Positions 27,501-36,296 of a DNA stretch of 64,000 nucleotides are shown in pieces (the stretch's first letter is position 1; each line of letters starts with the position of its first letter). Under the pieces are notes generated by a model. It was not told the origin of the DNA and made no database searches. It saw only the letters and a list, made by a program, of their open reading frames with translations. Made by a program: the position numbers and the translations under genes. The DNA is from an uncultured Azospirillaceae bacterium (lineage in GTDB: Bacteria > Pseudomonadota > Alphaproteobacteria > RF32 > CAG-239). The stretch covers positions 6,570 to 70,569 of the forward strand of contig CAYPFN010000008.1 of NCBI GenBank assembly GCA_964410325.1, read 5' to 3'.

Positions 27501-27658
27501 ACCTCATCGCAATCTATATCTGAAACATCTGTACCAGCCCAAGTCGAAAAAATTATATGAGAACCAGAAAAATATTTTCGTATACTGGAGATACATTCAT
27601 GTATTTCTGGTTTTTTATTTCCTTGAATTACAAAAGTTAAGTCTTTATTATCTATCAT
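24554..27658 (-). CDS. Tridomain protein: WavE + WavE + GT-A-like domain
   Basis: Two copies of VQG..STW..DPG..NRQIVS; C-terminal domain IIMPTY...QTLKK...YLVLDSES. Confidence 0.75.
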   Translation of the reverse strand: MIDNKDLTFVIQGNKKPEIHECISSIRKYFSGSHIIFSTWAGTDVSDIDCDEVVFNIDPGDLGDVFYPNTKGLSHKNNLNRQIVSSYNGLLHVRTKYAVKFRPDFILKSDKIWKIYCEFEDLNLDVDLNYKMFNHRIFMFCPASAQKTNLAYHIVDYVQIGYTEDLVELWKIPLITKEDSQYCVIHGIKQTEYPRAYKYACEQQIWLRNIEKSKIKYKKNSLYNDIDEEIIEDSHKIFINNLYCIDYRVADITSPFDWLKGFYQRWAYTFEDYYNWYTQYIGYSENLENYLKKYQKDIEKKYKIKESKTKIKSRDVSVVVQGLAEKGIIDKCIKSIRKQLPFSEIILSTWEGSDVKNLNYDKLVLNKDPGNFPLTLDGINNNVNRQIVSTLNGIKQATRKYCLKIRSNAVLKDNSFLNLLNQCTKYEEGYHLLQHRLLIPSYFTRDPNVYKKGIYANKYMKINYPFHPSDMVLFGLTSDMMDYWDIPLLKEQDVKVSFKGIYGKYIPEQYIFIKFLEKKGIKINLSTYDDNSQENISLTEHLFASNFILVNYRTFGVDFQTDKFSIYQNPKRFLSCYTPYKWKALYNKYCATNTFNSFFDKDILYIKLCLEIKKIRSLLAKNKRQAKPNIIKNTIIMPTYKNHFKFVKKFLQSTDKFLLDKDSTEIVFVINKDEDKYFSKITKKYKTKLRIKTIFFDDILKSNKILETPEQLLERYGRFTFQTLKKMYAMLFLDREDYLVLDSESLFVKKTNMEQLKQSFFKKPYLIVSSIDNTKRSKDFMTFCENIDNLIDSHVDKWPLEHFVWFYKTAILKDMVKKHGSFIEMAKKIWNLNSQKTSKSITLPKDIRYGIFEIVLYLSYIFKNNDKYKYQIKSLEDLLSKYLSKQEKDVYIQDFYDNFKGKSGMLEHAMLLLNKKRWKNFARLFKEEEINIIRCDKTDIKNYKFQKKFLNIVQPCILAASQNHCFGINNTLKNRLKIMVFSSKAVQKLEKHAQRFWTPVKKFVNWLLEPFSILFYLVKLLVHVLRSIKIIILG

Positions 27659-30039
27659 AATTTAACTCCTTTTATATAAGACTTAATTTGTTTTCTATAT
27701 TCTTTATATTTTTTATATTTTTCTTTATAATGTTTGCGCATTTTTCCAAAATAAATTTTTCTCAATATTTTATAACGAAAATATTTTCTGTTTATCTCAT
27801 CTTTGCACAAAAGAAGCCTCAGAACTTGGTTATTAGTTTCTGTATTTGTTGGTAAAATATTTTGCACTTCTCTATTTGCTAGCAAATCATATGTTGAAAC
27901 AGAAGTATTTTTTGGAAAAGTCAAAGCTTCTTTAATCCATCTTAGAGCTTTCTCTTTCTGCTTTGATAAAATGGAAGAAAACTTATTTTTATCAAATTTT
28001 TCTAACAAATCCATATGTGATAAAATTCCTGTTACATCAAAAAACATACGTTTTTCTTCTTTGAATATTGATAAAAGAGATGTAAACCGAGACGTACCTC
28101 TTACCTGATTTACAATAGAAACAAATGGTTTGTTGAAAATCATGGCAAAACATGTCCCATGGAAGGAATCAGTTATAACGGCTTCGGCATTTTTAAAATA
28201 ATAAAGCCAATCTTCAACCTCCACACCCTTCTGAGCCTTTTCTTTTTTCATTAAAACATTTCCGTCGCAAATATTAACCAATTTAAGTCCTAATTCTTCA
28301 GCAGTTGATTTTATTATATTTTCTTTTTCTTCCGTTGTATCCAAAATATAGCTCAAAAGATATGGCTCATCTGATTTCACTTTTGCTTTTTCAATTACTT
28401 TCTCATATTCAGCAAAATCACATAAAAAAACAGGATCCAAAATATGCTCAGCTTTTACACCAAATATATTTTTACAAATATCCACACCATCAGCCTCTCT
28501 AACAGAAACACGATCCAACCTATGCATATGAAATTTTGCTTCACCCCACTCAGACTTAGGATCAACATATCCATCACCAAAAGACGTTGCGATAGATATT
28601 TTTCTTTTATCGTCATGAGCAAAATCCAAGAAGAAGGTTTTTCCAAATGGTTTAGGATAATGCCATAACTGATCAGATGCCAAGACAAAATTATCAATCA
28701 AACTATTTAAAACGGAAAGTTCTTTTTTACTTCTTTTGATAGAGGTAATCGGAGCTTTGAATCTACGCATAAATCGACGAGAAAGAATATGCGGATCATT
28801 CAAATGTTCCTCATTAACTAGACCAGAGGAATCAACTAAAATAGATGTATACCCCATTGATTCCAGGAGCTTGTATAAAGCATAAGCCGTCAAAATAGCC
28901 CCATAATTTTCAAAAAACCAAATACCAACAATACCAACATCATATTTATCATTTAAGGCGAAATCGACAGATTTTGAAAAATTTTGTGTTTTTCTTAAAT
29001 CAAAAAATCTTTTTCTTTTGGCTTCATTTATCTGTGTCGGAGCATAAAAACATCTATTATACTTTGTACTTTCTTCAATATTTTTTTTCTTAACCAATTG
29101 TGCATTTCGGCTAATTTCCTTAAATATTATTTCTCCTTTCTTGGAATTAATCATGACACAAGAAGTTCCCTTAGGATGTCTTAATGGCTTGTCATAAAAC
29201 TCTATACCCCAAAAATCGGCAAGCGTTATATCTCCTTGTCTGGGCATGTGATTAAATGGGCAAGTGCCACAACTTTTTCTATAAAAAAGCGCTCTTTCAA
29301 AGCCTGCAAAATATGCATTATTTCTTTCTAATTTTACCTCTGATCCATCATTTAGATAAAAAGTTAATTTAAATACACCCCAACCATCTTTTTTAGGCCT
29401 AAAATTAACGGATTTTATCTTATTTTTATAAGGTAACTCCTTTAAAAAATCTTGCCAAATTTTTTGGGAAGGAACACCATGACAGACGATATCTGCCGTC
29501 AACAAATTCTCATATTTTTTACCTAAATATTTATTAAAACCGGCAACCTGACATGGTGTTCCAGTGAACAATACATATTTTCCCGAATCCAAATATTTTT
29601 TTAATTCTGTAAATGTTTTTTTAGTGTTACTTTGAACATATTTTGAATAGCGAAGTTTATCTAAATCCTCTTTATTATGAACAATGACATGTTCAACATT
29701 AAAATTTTTATCCCAAGCGGCACCACAAACATAGCCTCCTTTATCCAAAACATAATTGGCCAGAAGCGTGAAAGCACCACCTGAGGAACTTTTCATTCTG
29801 ATTTCGTCATTGGCCCAAACAGCATAACATTCCGGTTCTTTGCTATTTTTGTATTGAGGATTATAAGCGGCACAGCTTTTAAGACACAGACCACAATCGA
29901 CACATTCGTCATTATTAATAACTGGATACAAAAAGCCCTCATCATTGGGTTGCATACTAATTGCTTTTTTAGGACAAATATTATAACAAGCACCACAACC
30001 TGTACAAATTTTTTCATCAACTAATTTAATATTGTTCAT
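27655..30039 (-). CDS. Ferredoxin/FrhB-like Fe-S domain fused to polysaccharide pyruvyl transferase family domain
   Basis: CTGCGACYNICP, CVDCGLCLKSC, SSSGGAF, GTPCQV, CHGVPS; then NYGAIL, SDQLW, DPVFL, TDSFHG. Confidence 0.88.
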   Translation of the reverse strand: MNNIKLVDEKICTGCGACYNICPKKAISMQPNDEGFLYPVINNDECVDCGLCLKSCAAYNPQYKNSKEPECYAVWANDEIRMKSSSGGAFTLLANYVLDKGGYVCGAAWDKNFNVEHVIVHNKEDLDKLRYSKYVQSNTKKTFTELKKYLDSGKYVLFTGTPCQVAGFNKYLGKKYENLLTADIVCHGVPSQKIWQDFLKELPYKNKIKSVNFRPKKDGWGVFKLTFYLNDGSEVKLERNNAYFAGFERALFYRKSCGTCPFNHMPRQGDITLADFWGIEFYDKPLRHPKGTSCVMINSKKGEIIFKEISRNAQLVKKKNIEESTKYNRCFYAPTQINEAKRKRFFDLRKTQNFSKSVDFALNDKYDVGIVGIWFFENYGAILTAYALYKLLESMGYTSILVDSSGLVNEEHLNDPHILSRRFMRRFKAPITSIKRSKKELSVLNSLIDNFVLASDQLWHYPKPFGKTFFLDFAHDDKRKISIATSFGDGYVDPKSEWGEAKFHMHRLDRVSVREADGVDICKNIFGVKAEHILDPVFLCDFAEYEKVIEKAKVKSDEPYLLSYILDTTEEKENIIKSTAEELGLKLVNICDGNVLMKKEKAQKGVEVEDWLYYFKNAEAVITDSFHGTCFAMIFNKPFVSIVNQVRGTSRFTSLLSIFKEEKRMFFDVTGILSHMDLLEKFDKNKFSSILSKQKEKALRWIKEALTFPKNTSVSTYDLLANREVQNILPTNTETNNQVLRLLLCKDEINRKYFRYKILRKIYFGKMRKHYKEKYKKYKEYRKQIKSYIKGVKL

Positions 30040-31111
30040 ATTTACTCCTTATCTTGTTATAAAGTGATGACAATTTTTCATATGATTTTTTTTCACACAT
30101 ATAATATAATATAATACCGAAAGCACACGGAAATAAAATAGATATAATCAAACAAGTGGAAATAGGATATTCCGTTTTCAAATGAAGATAAAGCTTTGAA
30201 TTTGATAAAAGATTTCCTTTTGCAAACAAAATCTGCGGAATATATTGCAGAATATAAATAGAATATGAATATATTCCCAATTTTCCTAAAAATGGTTGAT
30301 TTAATAATCTCGAAAAAGCACCTTTTTGAATAAAGAATAAAATTACTAAAATTGAAAAAACGACTATTCCGTATGCATATTCTGATAATTTTAGCGTATT
30401 GAAGAAAAGCAAATCTATAAAAATACCAAAAAAAAGAAGCTCTAATATTGTAAAAAATATTATTGTACCTTTTTTGATTAATCGTGTTTCCTGAAAATAA
30501 TTTATGTAACTTATAAAAATTCGGATTAAAATTCCCAAACCTATTCCAAACAGCCCTCGCCAAACCCCAAGCAATCCCGGTAGCACTCTTACCTTATGTA
30601 TGTAAATCATCACGCCTATATAGGACATTATTGCAACGATAAAAGTAGATATTTTATGAGGGAATATTTTAAATAAAGATAAATAAAATAAAGACACCCA
30701 AAACAATGGCCCTAAGTACCACAAATGAGAATTATTATATATAAATCTAATCTGTGTTGCGTCATTAAAAAGCGCAATATTTCTTATAAAAAAGAAAGTC
30801 ATAAAATTGTCTTTAAAATGCGTTTCTTGTGTAATTAATCCGACATAATTCAAGCAAAAAACAAATAAAAAAGATAATATGACTATAGGCATTAGTCTGA
30901 TATATCTTTTCACAACAAAATCTTGATAAGAAATATCTTTTTTTATTTGAGTAAACAAAAAAAATCCCGATAAAATAAAGAAAAAACTCACCCCAATATC
31001 CGTTCTTTCTTTTATTAAGTCAAACCCAATCAAAGGAGCGTGAACTATCAATATCGACAGACAGGATAAAAATTTTACAAAATCTAAATTGTAATATCTA
31101 GTATTGTTCAT
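30026..31111 (-). CDS. Acyltransferase-3 family membrane O-acyltransferase
   Basis: LDFVK, VSFFFILSGF, RYIRL, HLWYL, LGIYSYSIYILQ; many TM helices. Confidence 0.88.
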   Translation of the reverse strand: MNNTRYYNLDFVKFLSCLSILIVHAPLIGFDLIKERTDIGVSFFFILSGFFLFTQIKKDISYQDFVVKRYIRLMPIVILSFLFVFCLNYVGLITQETHFKDNFMTFFFIRNIALFNDATQIRFIYNNSHLWYLGPLFWVSLFYLSLFKIFPHKISTFIVAIMSYIGVMIYIHKVRVLPGLLGVWRGLFGIGLGILIRIFISYINYFQETRLIKKGTIIFFTILELLFFGIFIDLLFFNTLKLSEYAYGIVVFSILVILFFIQKGAFSRLLNQPFLGKLGIYSYSIYILQYIPQILFAKGNLLSNSKLYLHLKTEYPISTCLIISILFPCAFGIILYYMCEKKSYEKLSSLYNKIRSKYEQY

Positions 31112-31826
31112 CTTTCAAATATTCCTTTAACTGTTCTGGTGTTCCTACGCACTTCCAATCTTGTTTTTGAATATCAAAGACACCAATTTGGGCGCCATTT
31201 TTCACGGCATAGTTATAAACATTGCTCATGTAATATTCATTTTTGGCTCTATCACCATAAATCATCATTTCTATGGTGTTTTTTACAAAGTCTGCGCCTC
31301 TTGCAAACATATACACACCACAAATAGCGTGGTTGGATATGACTTCTTTTTCTCTTGTTTTGGTGACAAAACCTTTGTTATCAGTAGCAGCAAAGGAAAA
31401 ACATTCCTTATCCGTATTAAACGTGAGTAAGCTGCCGTCTAATTTTCTGGTCAGACAATCGTTCACAAAGTTTTGAAAAACCCAATTATCAAAAATGTTA
31501 TCGGAATCGGCAAAAATAACCGGCAAATTATTATTAATTATCTCATGAGAGGCCAAGGCCGTGCAACTTGCGCCTTGGGTCAATTTTTCTACACTGATAA
31601 ACGCCACATGATATTTTGAAGACAGTTTTTCCAACTGTTCTTTGTTTTCTTCTTCAAACTGTTTTTGAATTATCAGCGTATAATGGGCGTTGGGATAGTA
31701 AACACCATCTAAAACCCGCTCTATCATCATTTTTCCGTTCACATCAATAAACGGTTTGGGTAAGGTATAGCCTTGAGCTTTGAAACGACTTCCCGCTCCG
31801 GCCATGGGAATAACAATATTTAACAT
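31098..31826 (-). CDS. Nucleotidyltransferase-fold (GT-A) glycan protein, KfoE/BcbG-like
   Basis: NIVIPMAGAGSRF...PKPFIDV, TQGASCT, ISNHAICGVY, EYYMSNVYN, VGTPE. Confidence 0.75.
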   Translation of the reverse strand: MLNIVIPMAGAGSRFKAQGYTLPKPFIDVNGKMMIERVLDGVYYPNAHYTLIIQKQFEEENKEQLEKLSSKYHVAFISVEKLTQGASCTALASHEIINNNLPVIFADSDNIFDNWVFQNFVNDCLTRKLDGSLLTFNTDKECFSFAATDNKGFVTKTREKEVISNHAICGVYMFARGADFVKNTIEMMIYGDRAKNEYYMSNVYNYAVKNGAQIGVFDIQKQDWKCVGTPEQLKEYLKDEQY

Positions 31827-31834
31827 GCTCGCTC

Positions 31835-32221
31835 TCACTTTGCTTTGGCTGCTTTACTTAAGTTTTCTTCAGTCATATCTTGCCAATTATCATTAAAACG
31901 AACAACACGATCATCTATTGTGATATCTGCATTAGGTTTGCCAAAGAAAATTTCATCATATTCAATGCCGTTTTTTGCCAACCATTCAAATGTCATTTGC
32001 CCAACATTTTTTAATACTTTGCCTACATTATGACCTGTAGAGCCCATGTTACGAGCCGTGTTGATGATGATTGTATGACCAGCGGCACGCAAAGCGTGTA
32101 TCATCTCTTTTGCGCCATCTTTAACTTTAACATCAGCGTAAGTTTGCGGATCTTTTCTTATCTCACAAATAGTTCCGTCTAAATCTATGCAAATACGCAT
32201 TTTTTTATCACTAGTCATCAT
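31835..32221 (-). CDS. Small HAD-family capsule biosynthesis phosphatase (EcbF/BcbF-like)
   Basis: ICIDLDGTIC, IINTARNM, FGKP, IDDR. Confidence 0.8.
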   Translation of the reverse strand: MMTSDKKMRICIDLDGTICEIRKDPQTYADVKVKDGAKEMIHALRAAGHTIIINTARNMGSTGHNVGKVLKNVGQMTFEWLAKNGIEYDEIFFGKPNADITIDDRVVRFNDNWQDMTEENLSKAAKAK

Positions 32222-33848
32222 ATAATACCTCGTTAAATTTCTTTATTGATGTTAGGTAAAATGCTTTTTGACGCTGAATATCATCACTATGTAATGGGAT
32301 CATAGTTAAGAACAACAAAGCCTCAATAAGCTTGATTTCTTTTCTGTCATAACCATAATTTACAACCAATTCATCGAAGAACGGCTCTAATTTTTCAGTT
32401 AAAACAGGAGTTGAAATTTGAAAATCGTAAAAATCTTTGCCGGATGCCTTAAGCTTATATAGTCCGGCAACGATAAAGTCATATAACCCTACAATGCTAT
32501 GGCGCAATTTGGCAATATCATAACGCGGATCTCCATATATACTTTGGGTTTTGAAACGGCCACGCGGATCAATCAGCTTGAAAATATAGTGCATTGAGTC
32601 AAATAAAATATTGGAAAAACAATAATCTCCATGTACGATTGTCCTCTTGTCATAATTGACCAATTTGGCGACTTCTGTATTCAAAGCTGATTTTAATAAA
32701 GGATAATTTTTATAATGAACATTATTGATTGAAATATAATCACTCTGCATCATTTTAAAAATTTCAGGATTTTTAGTGGCAATCTCGTCTATACGTCGCT
32801 GTGTTTTGTTTTGATATATTTCAACTAATTCTTCTTTGTCTTGTGGTTCTGTATAATTTTCAAAGACCTTATGAACCTTAAGTAATGCTTCTATAATATT
32901 ATACCAATCTTCCAAATTATTAGAGCCATAAATAAATGTTTCTGCCAAATTTGCATATCCATATAGCTCCATTTCAACCGATGTAGTTTCCGCATTTTCA
33001 CTCACGTTAAAAACTCTAGGTGCATAACAAGCAACATCGGTAGGAAGTTCTTTATACCAATTGGCTTCATCAAGCAGTTTTTGTTTATTCCTAGATATTT
33101 TAGTTATTGTGCCTCTAACAGCATCTACTTTTAAAGAATTAAACTCTCTTGCACTGAATAATTCCAAGCGAGCTTGAACTGCACCACTGACATGCCCAAA
33201 ATCAAACCAACGTTGTGTTGTTTTTATTAAAATTGGGTGAATGTTATGATACTTTTGCAATACATTTATAAAACTTGCTTCATAATTTAAAAATTCTGTA
33301 GCTAAAAGTTGCTTTAACAACTTTGTATCTGAAAATTTATAATATCCTACCAAAGCTTCTTTATCGGCTATTGAGATGTCTCTTTCTTTATTGTAAATTC
33401 TTGCCAAATAACCTTTTTTATCTTTAGAAACTAAACACCATTGTTTTGATGCTTTTATATTTGGAGAAGACAGAAAAACATCATCTTCTTCGGGGAAAGT
33501 TTCGTCTATTAAGGTATCGCCAAAAATAATTTGCGTGGAAAAGTTTTCATCACAACTGTCTAAAAGATTTATGACTGAGGAAGATATGTCTGAATCTGAT
33601 TCAATAAAATATTGTTGAACGTTGGGATAACTATAACCAAGAAAACGACTCAATCTTGTATTGTTTTCTCGCAATACAATTTTGATTTTATCGGCACCAT
33701 TTTTTATGGCAGAATCGATACACCAGTTAATGGCTGGTTTTGAACGTATCGGCAAAAGTCCGGGATCTGTAATCATACCTACGGATATGTTTTTGGGATT
33801 AAACTTTCCGGCCGATAAAATGATGGTGTTGACTTTTTGCTTTTCCAT
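32211..33848 (-). CDS. NTP-transferase-like domain fused to APH/choline-kinase-like phosphotransferase (KfoD/BcbE-like)
   Basis: IILSAG..LLPI, FGDTL, WFDFGH; kinase-type HGDYCFSNIL and IDPRG...GDPRYDIAKL. Confidence 0.75.
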   Translation of the reverse strand: MEKQKVNTIILSAGKFNPKNISVGMITDPGLLPIRSKPAINWCIDSAIKNGADKIKIVLRENNTRLSRFLGYSYPNVQQYFIESDSDISSSVINLLDSCDENFSTQIIFGDTLIDETFPEEDDVFLSSPNIKASKQWCLVSKDKKGYLARIYNKERDISIADKEALVGYYKFSDTKLLKQLLATEFLNYEASFINVLQKYHNIHPILIKTTQRWFDFGHVSGAVQARLELFSAREFNSLKVDAVRGTITKISRNKQKLLDEANWYKELPTDVACYAPRVFNVSENAETTSVEMELYGYANLAETFIYGSNNLEDWYNIIEALLKVHKVFENYTEPQDKEELVEIYQNKTQRRIDEIATKNPEIFKMMQSDYISINNVHYKNYPLLKSALNTEVAKLVNYDKRTIVHGDYCFSNILFDSMHYIFKLIDPRGRFKTQSIYGDPRYDIAKLRHSIVGLYDFIVAGLYKLKASGKDFYDFQISTPVLTEKLEPFFDELVVNYGYDRKEIKLIEALLFLTMIPLHSDDIQRQKAFYLTSIKKFNEVLYDD

Positions 33849-33857
33849 TTTCTTCTC

Positions 33858-35696
33858 CTAATTATTTAAATATCCTACCGAAATGCACAGATTGAATTGC
33901 AAAATTTGAATTTTGATGTGAAAAATACTGGGCAAAAATGTCAAAAAACGAATGTAAGAATCCTTGCCTAATTTTATCTTGAATAAATTTTTTAAAATTT
34001 TCTTTTCACGTAAAATGCACCAATCCGCATTTCCTTGATACATAAGTGGATATGTCTGAATATGATTCTTGGTCAACTCTTGCATTGCCATATTCTCAGG
34101 ATTCCACAAATAATCTTTGTATTTGGAAAAATCTATGCTATGCAAAACCTTGCAAATTTCATCTGCCGTATTTGGAGATGAAACAAACAAAATATCCGTT
34201 GCGGCATCAGCTGTCAGAGCAAAATCATTTATATAACGGCCATGAGCGACAAATTTTATTTTTTCTTTATTTTGTTTTGTAAGAACAAGCTCTTTATTGA
34301 GAATATCTAATATAAACGGACGGTTTAGATAAATATCCGGCCGGATAAAAACGATATAATCATATTGAATGCCCTGCTCTTTTTGATATTGCTTGCGAAG
34401 TTTGTTGACTTCATTTTGGGAGTGATACATACAAGATAACCCCCAAACAGAAATTTTTGACTTTGGATTACATAAACACTGTATATTTCCCCAATCTTGC
34501 ACATTTTGATGTTCTACTTTTATAGATTTGAGAGAATAAAGCTTCTTAAGCTTTTCTACAACTTGAGTATCAACCTTTTTGACTTTACATTTATTTTTGT
34601 GGTGACTTAGCGTAGAATGGTTGGTTTCATCCCATGTATGCATAAAAACATCACAATCATATAAGTCTATTAAGTTCTTTTTTATTGATGAGGCGCATTT
34701 TTCAAAAGTACGCAAATGGCCAAACATCTGAACTGCAACTTTTACATTGCTTTTTGGCTTGTTTTTAAGAAGCCTTTTATATTGACAATATCTCCATAAA
34801 CCATGCCATTTAAACGCAAGCATCCCTTTTTGTTGCAAGTCTGCAAGTTCATCACTAAAAACTTTCCACATTTCAGCAGAAACCTCTGCAGAAGCATGAC
34901 TACATTTATTATATTGATGTTTTAATAAACGAGGCAAAGCGTCTTTTTTAAAAAAATCTAATTCCTTTTTTAATCCTTTTTGACTATACAAAGATACAAC
35001 TGAAAGTATTCCCGTCCAATAACCTGATATTTGTTTGGGGGATGACTTTTGATTAGAAATTGAATTTATGTTTTTAGTATAAAGATGTAATTTCAACGGA
35101 AGTAATGCTGTTTTGGGATGATTACTTAGTACTGCATATGTAAAAGGATAATCTTCAAATTGAATTCCTTTAATAAAATTCATATCGTCAATTAAGCTCT
35201 TTTTATAAAATTTAGTCCAAACATTAAATGATATTCTGTTTTTTCCGGAACAACCTTTATACAAAGGCTTGTCATATATTTTAGCTTGAATTTTGCTTAT
35301 ATCAAAAATCTCTTCAGGAAGCTCTTTTCCATCTGATTTTTTATAACCAAAGCATACTAAATCGGTATTATATTTGGCTGATATTTGATAACAAATCTCT
35401 ATTGTCTGAGGCTCTATAGCGTCATCAGAATCAAGAAAATAAATATATTCACCTGTTGCTTGCTTTAAACCATTATTTCGAGCCTCGGAAAGGCCTTGAT
35501 TTTTTTGTGTTATTAATTTTATTCGATTATCTTTTTTTGAATAATCATCTAAAATTTGCGCACTATTATCCGTACTTCCATCATTAACACAAATAACTTC
35601 AATATCTTTAAATGTTTGCGTTAAGACACTATCAAGACAACGAGCCAAAAACTGTTCGACATTGTATACAGGAATAATTACAGAAACTTTGGACAT
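33858..35696 (-). CDS. GT2 glycosyltransferase fused to a second GT-like domain
   Basis: VSVIIPVYN, VNDGSTD, ARNNG, FLDSDD, FED; second domain KVAVQMFGHLRTF...RPD. Confidence 0.85.
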   Translation of the reverse strand: MSKVSVIIPVYNVEQFLARCLDSVLTQTFKDIEVICVNDGSTDNSAQILDDYSKKDNRIKLITQKNQGLSEARNNGLKQATGEYIYFLDSDDAIEPQTIEICYQISAKYNTDLVCFGYKKSDGKELPEEIFDISKIQAKIYDKPLYKGCSGKNRISFNVWTKFYKKSLIDDMNFIKGIQFEDYPFTYAVLSNHPKTALLPLKLHLYTKNINSISNQKSSPKQISGYWTGILSVVSLYSQKGLKKELDFFKKDALPRLLKHQYNKCSHASAEVSAEMWKVFSDELADLQQKGMLAFKWHGLWRYCQYKRLLKNKPKSNVKVAVQMFGHLRTFEKCASSIKKNLIDLYDCDVFMHTWDETNHSTLSHHKNKCKVKKVDTQVVEKLKKLYSLKSIKVEHQNVQDWGNIQCLCNPKSKISVWGLSCMYHSQNEVNKLRKQYQKEQGIQYDYIVFIRPDIYLNRPFILDILNKELVLTKQNKEKIKFVAHGRYINDFALTADAATDILFVSSPNTADEICKVLHSIDFSKYKDYLWNPENMAMQELTKNHIQTYPLMYQGNADWCILREKKILKNLFKIKLGKDSYIRFLTFLPSIFHIKIQILQFNLCISVGYLNN

Positions 35697-36284
35697 CTAT
35701 TTATTTCCTCCACTAAAGGAAATTCCGCGTCTTCTAGCAAAGGTATAGATTGATACTCGATTGATACCTAATTGTCTGGCAATTTCTGATTTTGAAATAC
35801 CAGCATCAAGCATTCGTAAAATTTCTGCCGAATTGTTTTCTAATTTGGATTTTACTTTTGCCCCAAATGGACGACCAAGTTTTTTGCCTTCTTTTTTACG
35901 TTGATTTAAAACTTTTCTGGTTGATTGTGAAATTAAATGACTGCGAATATCAATAGCAGCATCCATTCCTTTGAAAAAATCATCAGTTAAGCCAGAATTA
36001 TCAAAGCTATAACCCTCATCTATAGAAAATAGTTTCAGATTCCTTTCCTGACAAAACTGAAGATTATCTTTGATATTTTGTAGATAAGAACCGATATGGC
36101 TTATTTTGTTAATAAGAATACCTTCACAATCTGCTTGAATAATACTTTTTACATTTTCAAAATTCTCACCAGAGTGAACACACCCCATTACTAAGCCTTT
36201 CTCTTTTGCAAAAGAGACAAGACTTTGATATTGATCAGCATAGTCTGCCTGATCTTGATTATTTGGTATGTATCCAACAAACAT
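35697..36284 (-). CDS. Serine resolvase/invertase-family protein (Mpi-like) lacking catalytic residues, with C-terminal HTH
   Basis: GYIPNNQDQ in place of GYxRVSTxxQ; SHIGS in place of SRLGR; helix E LISQSTRKVL, GKKLGRP and HTH SKSEIARQLGINRVSIY retained. Confidence 0.8.
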   Translation of the reverse strand: MFVGYIPNNQDQADYADQYQSLVSFAKEKGLVMGCVHSGENFENVKSIIQADCEGILINKISHIGSYLQNIKDNLQFCQERNLKLFSIDEGYSFDNSGLTDDFFKGMDAAIDIRSHLISQSTRKVLNQRKKEGKKLGRPFGAKVKSKLENNSAEILRMLDAGISKSEIARQLGINRVSIYTFARRRGISFSGGNK

Positions 36285-36296
36285 TCAGCACATTCT

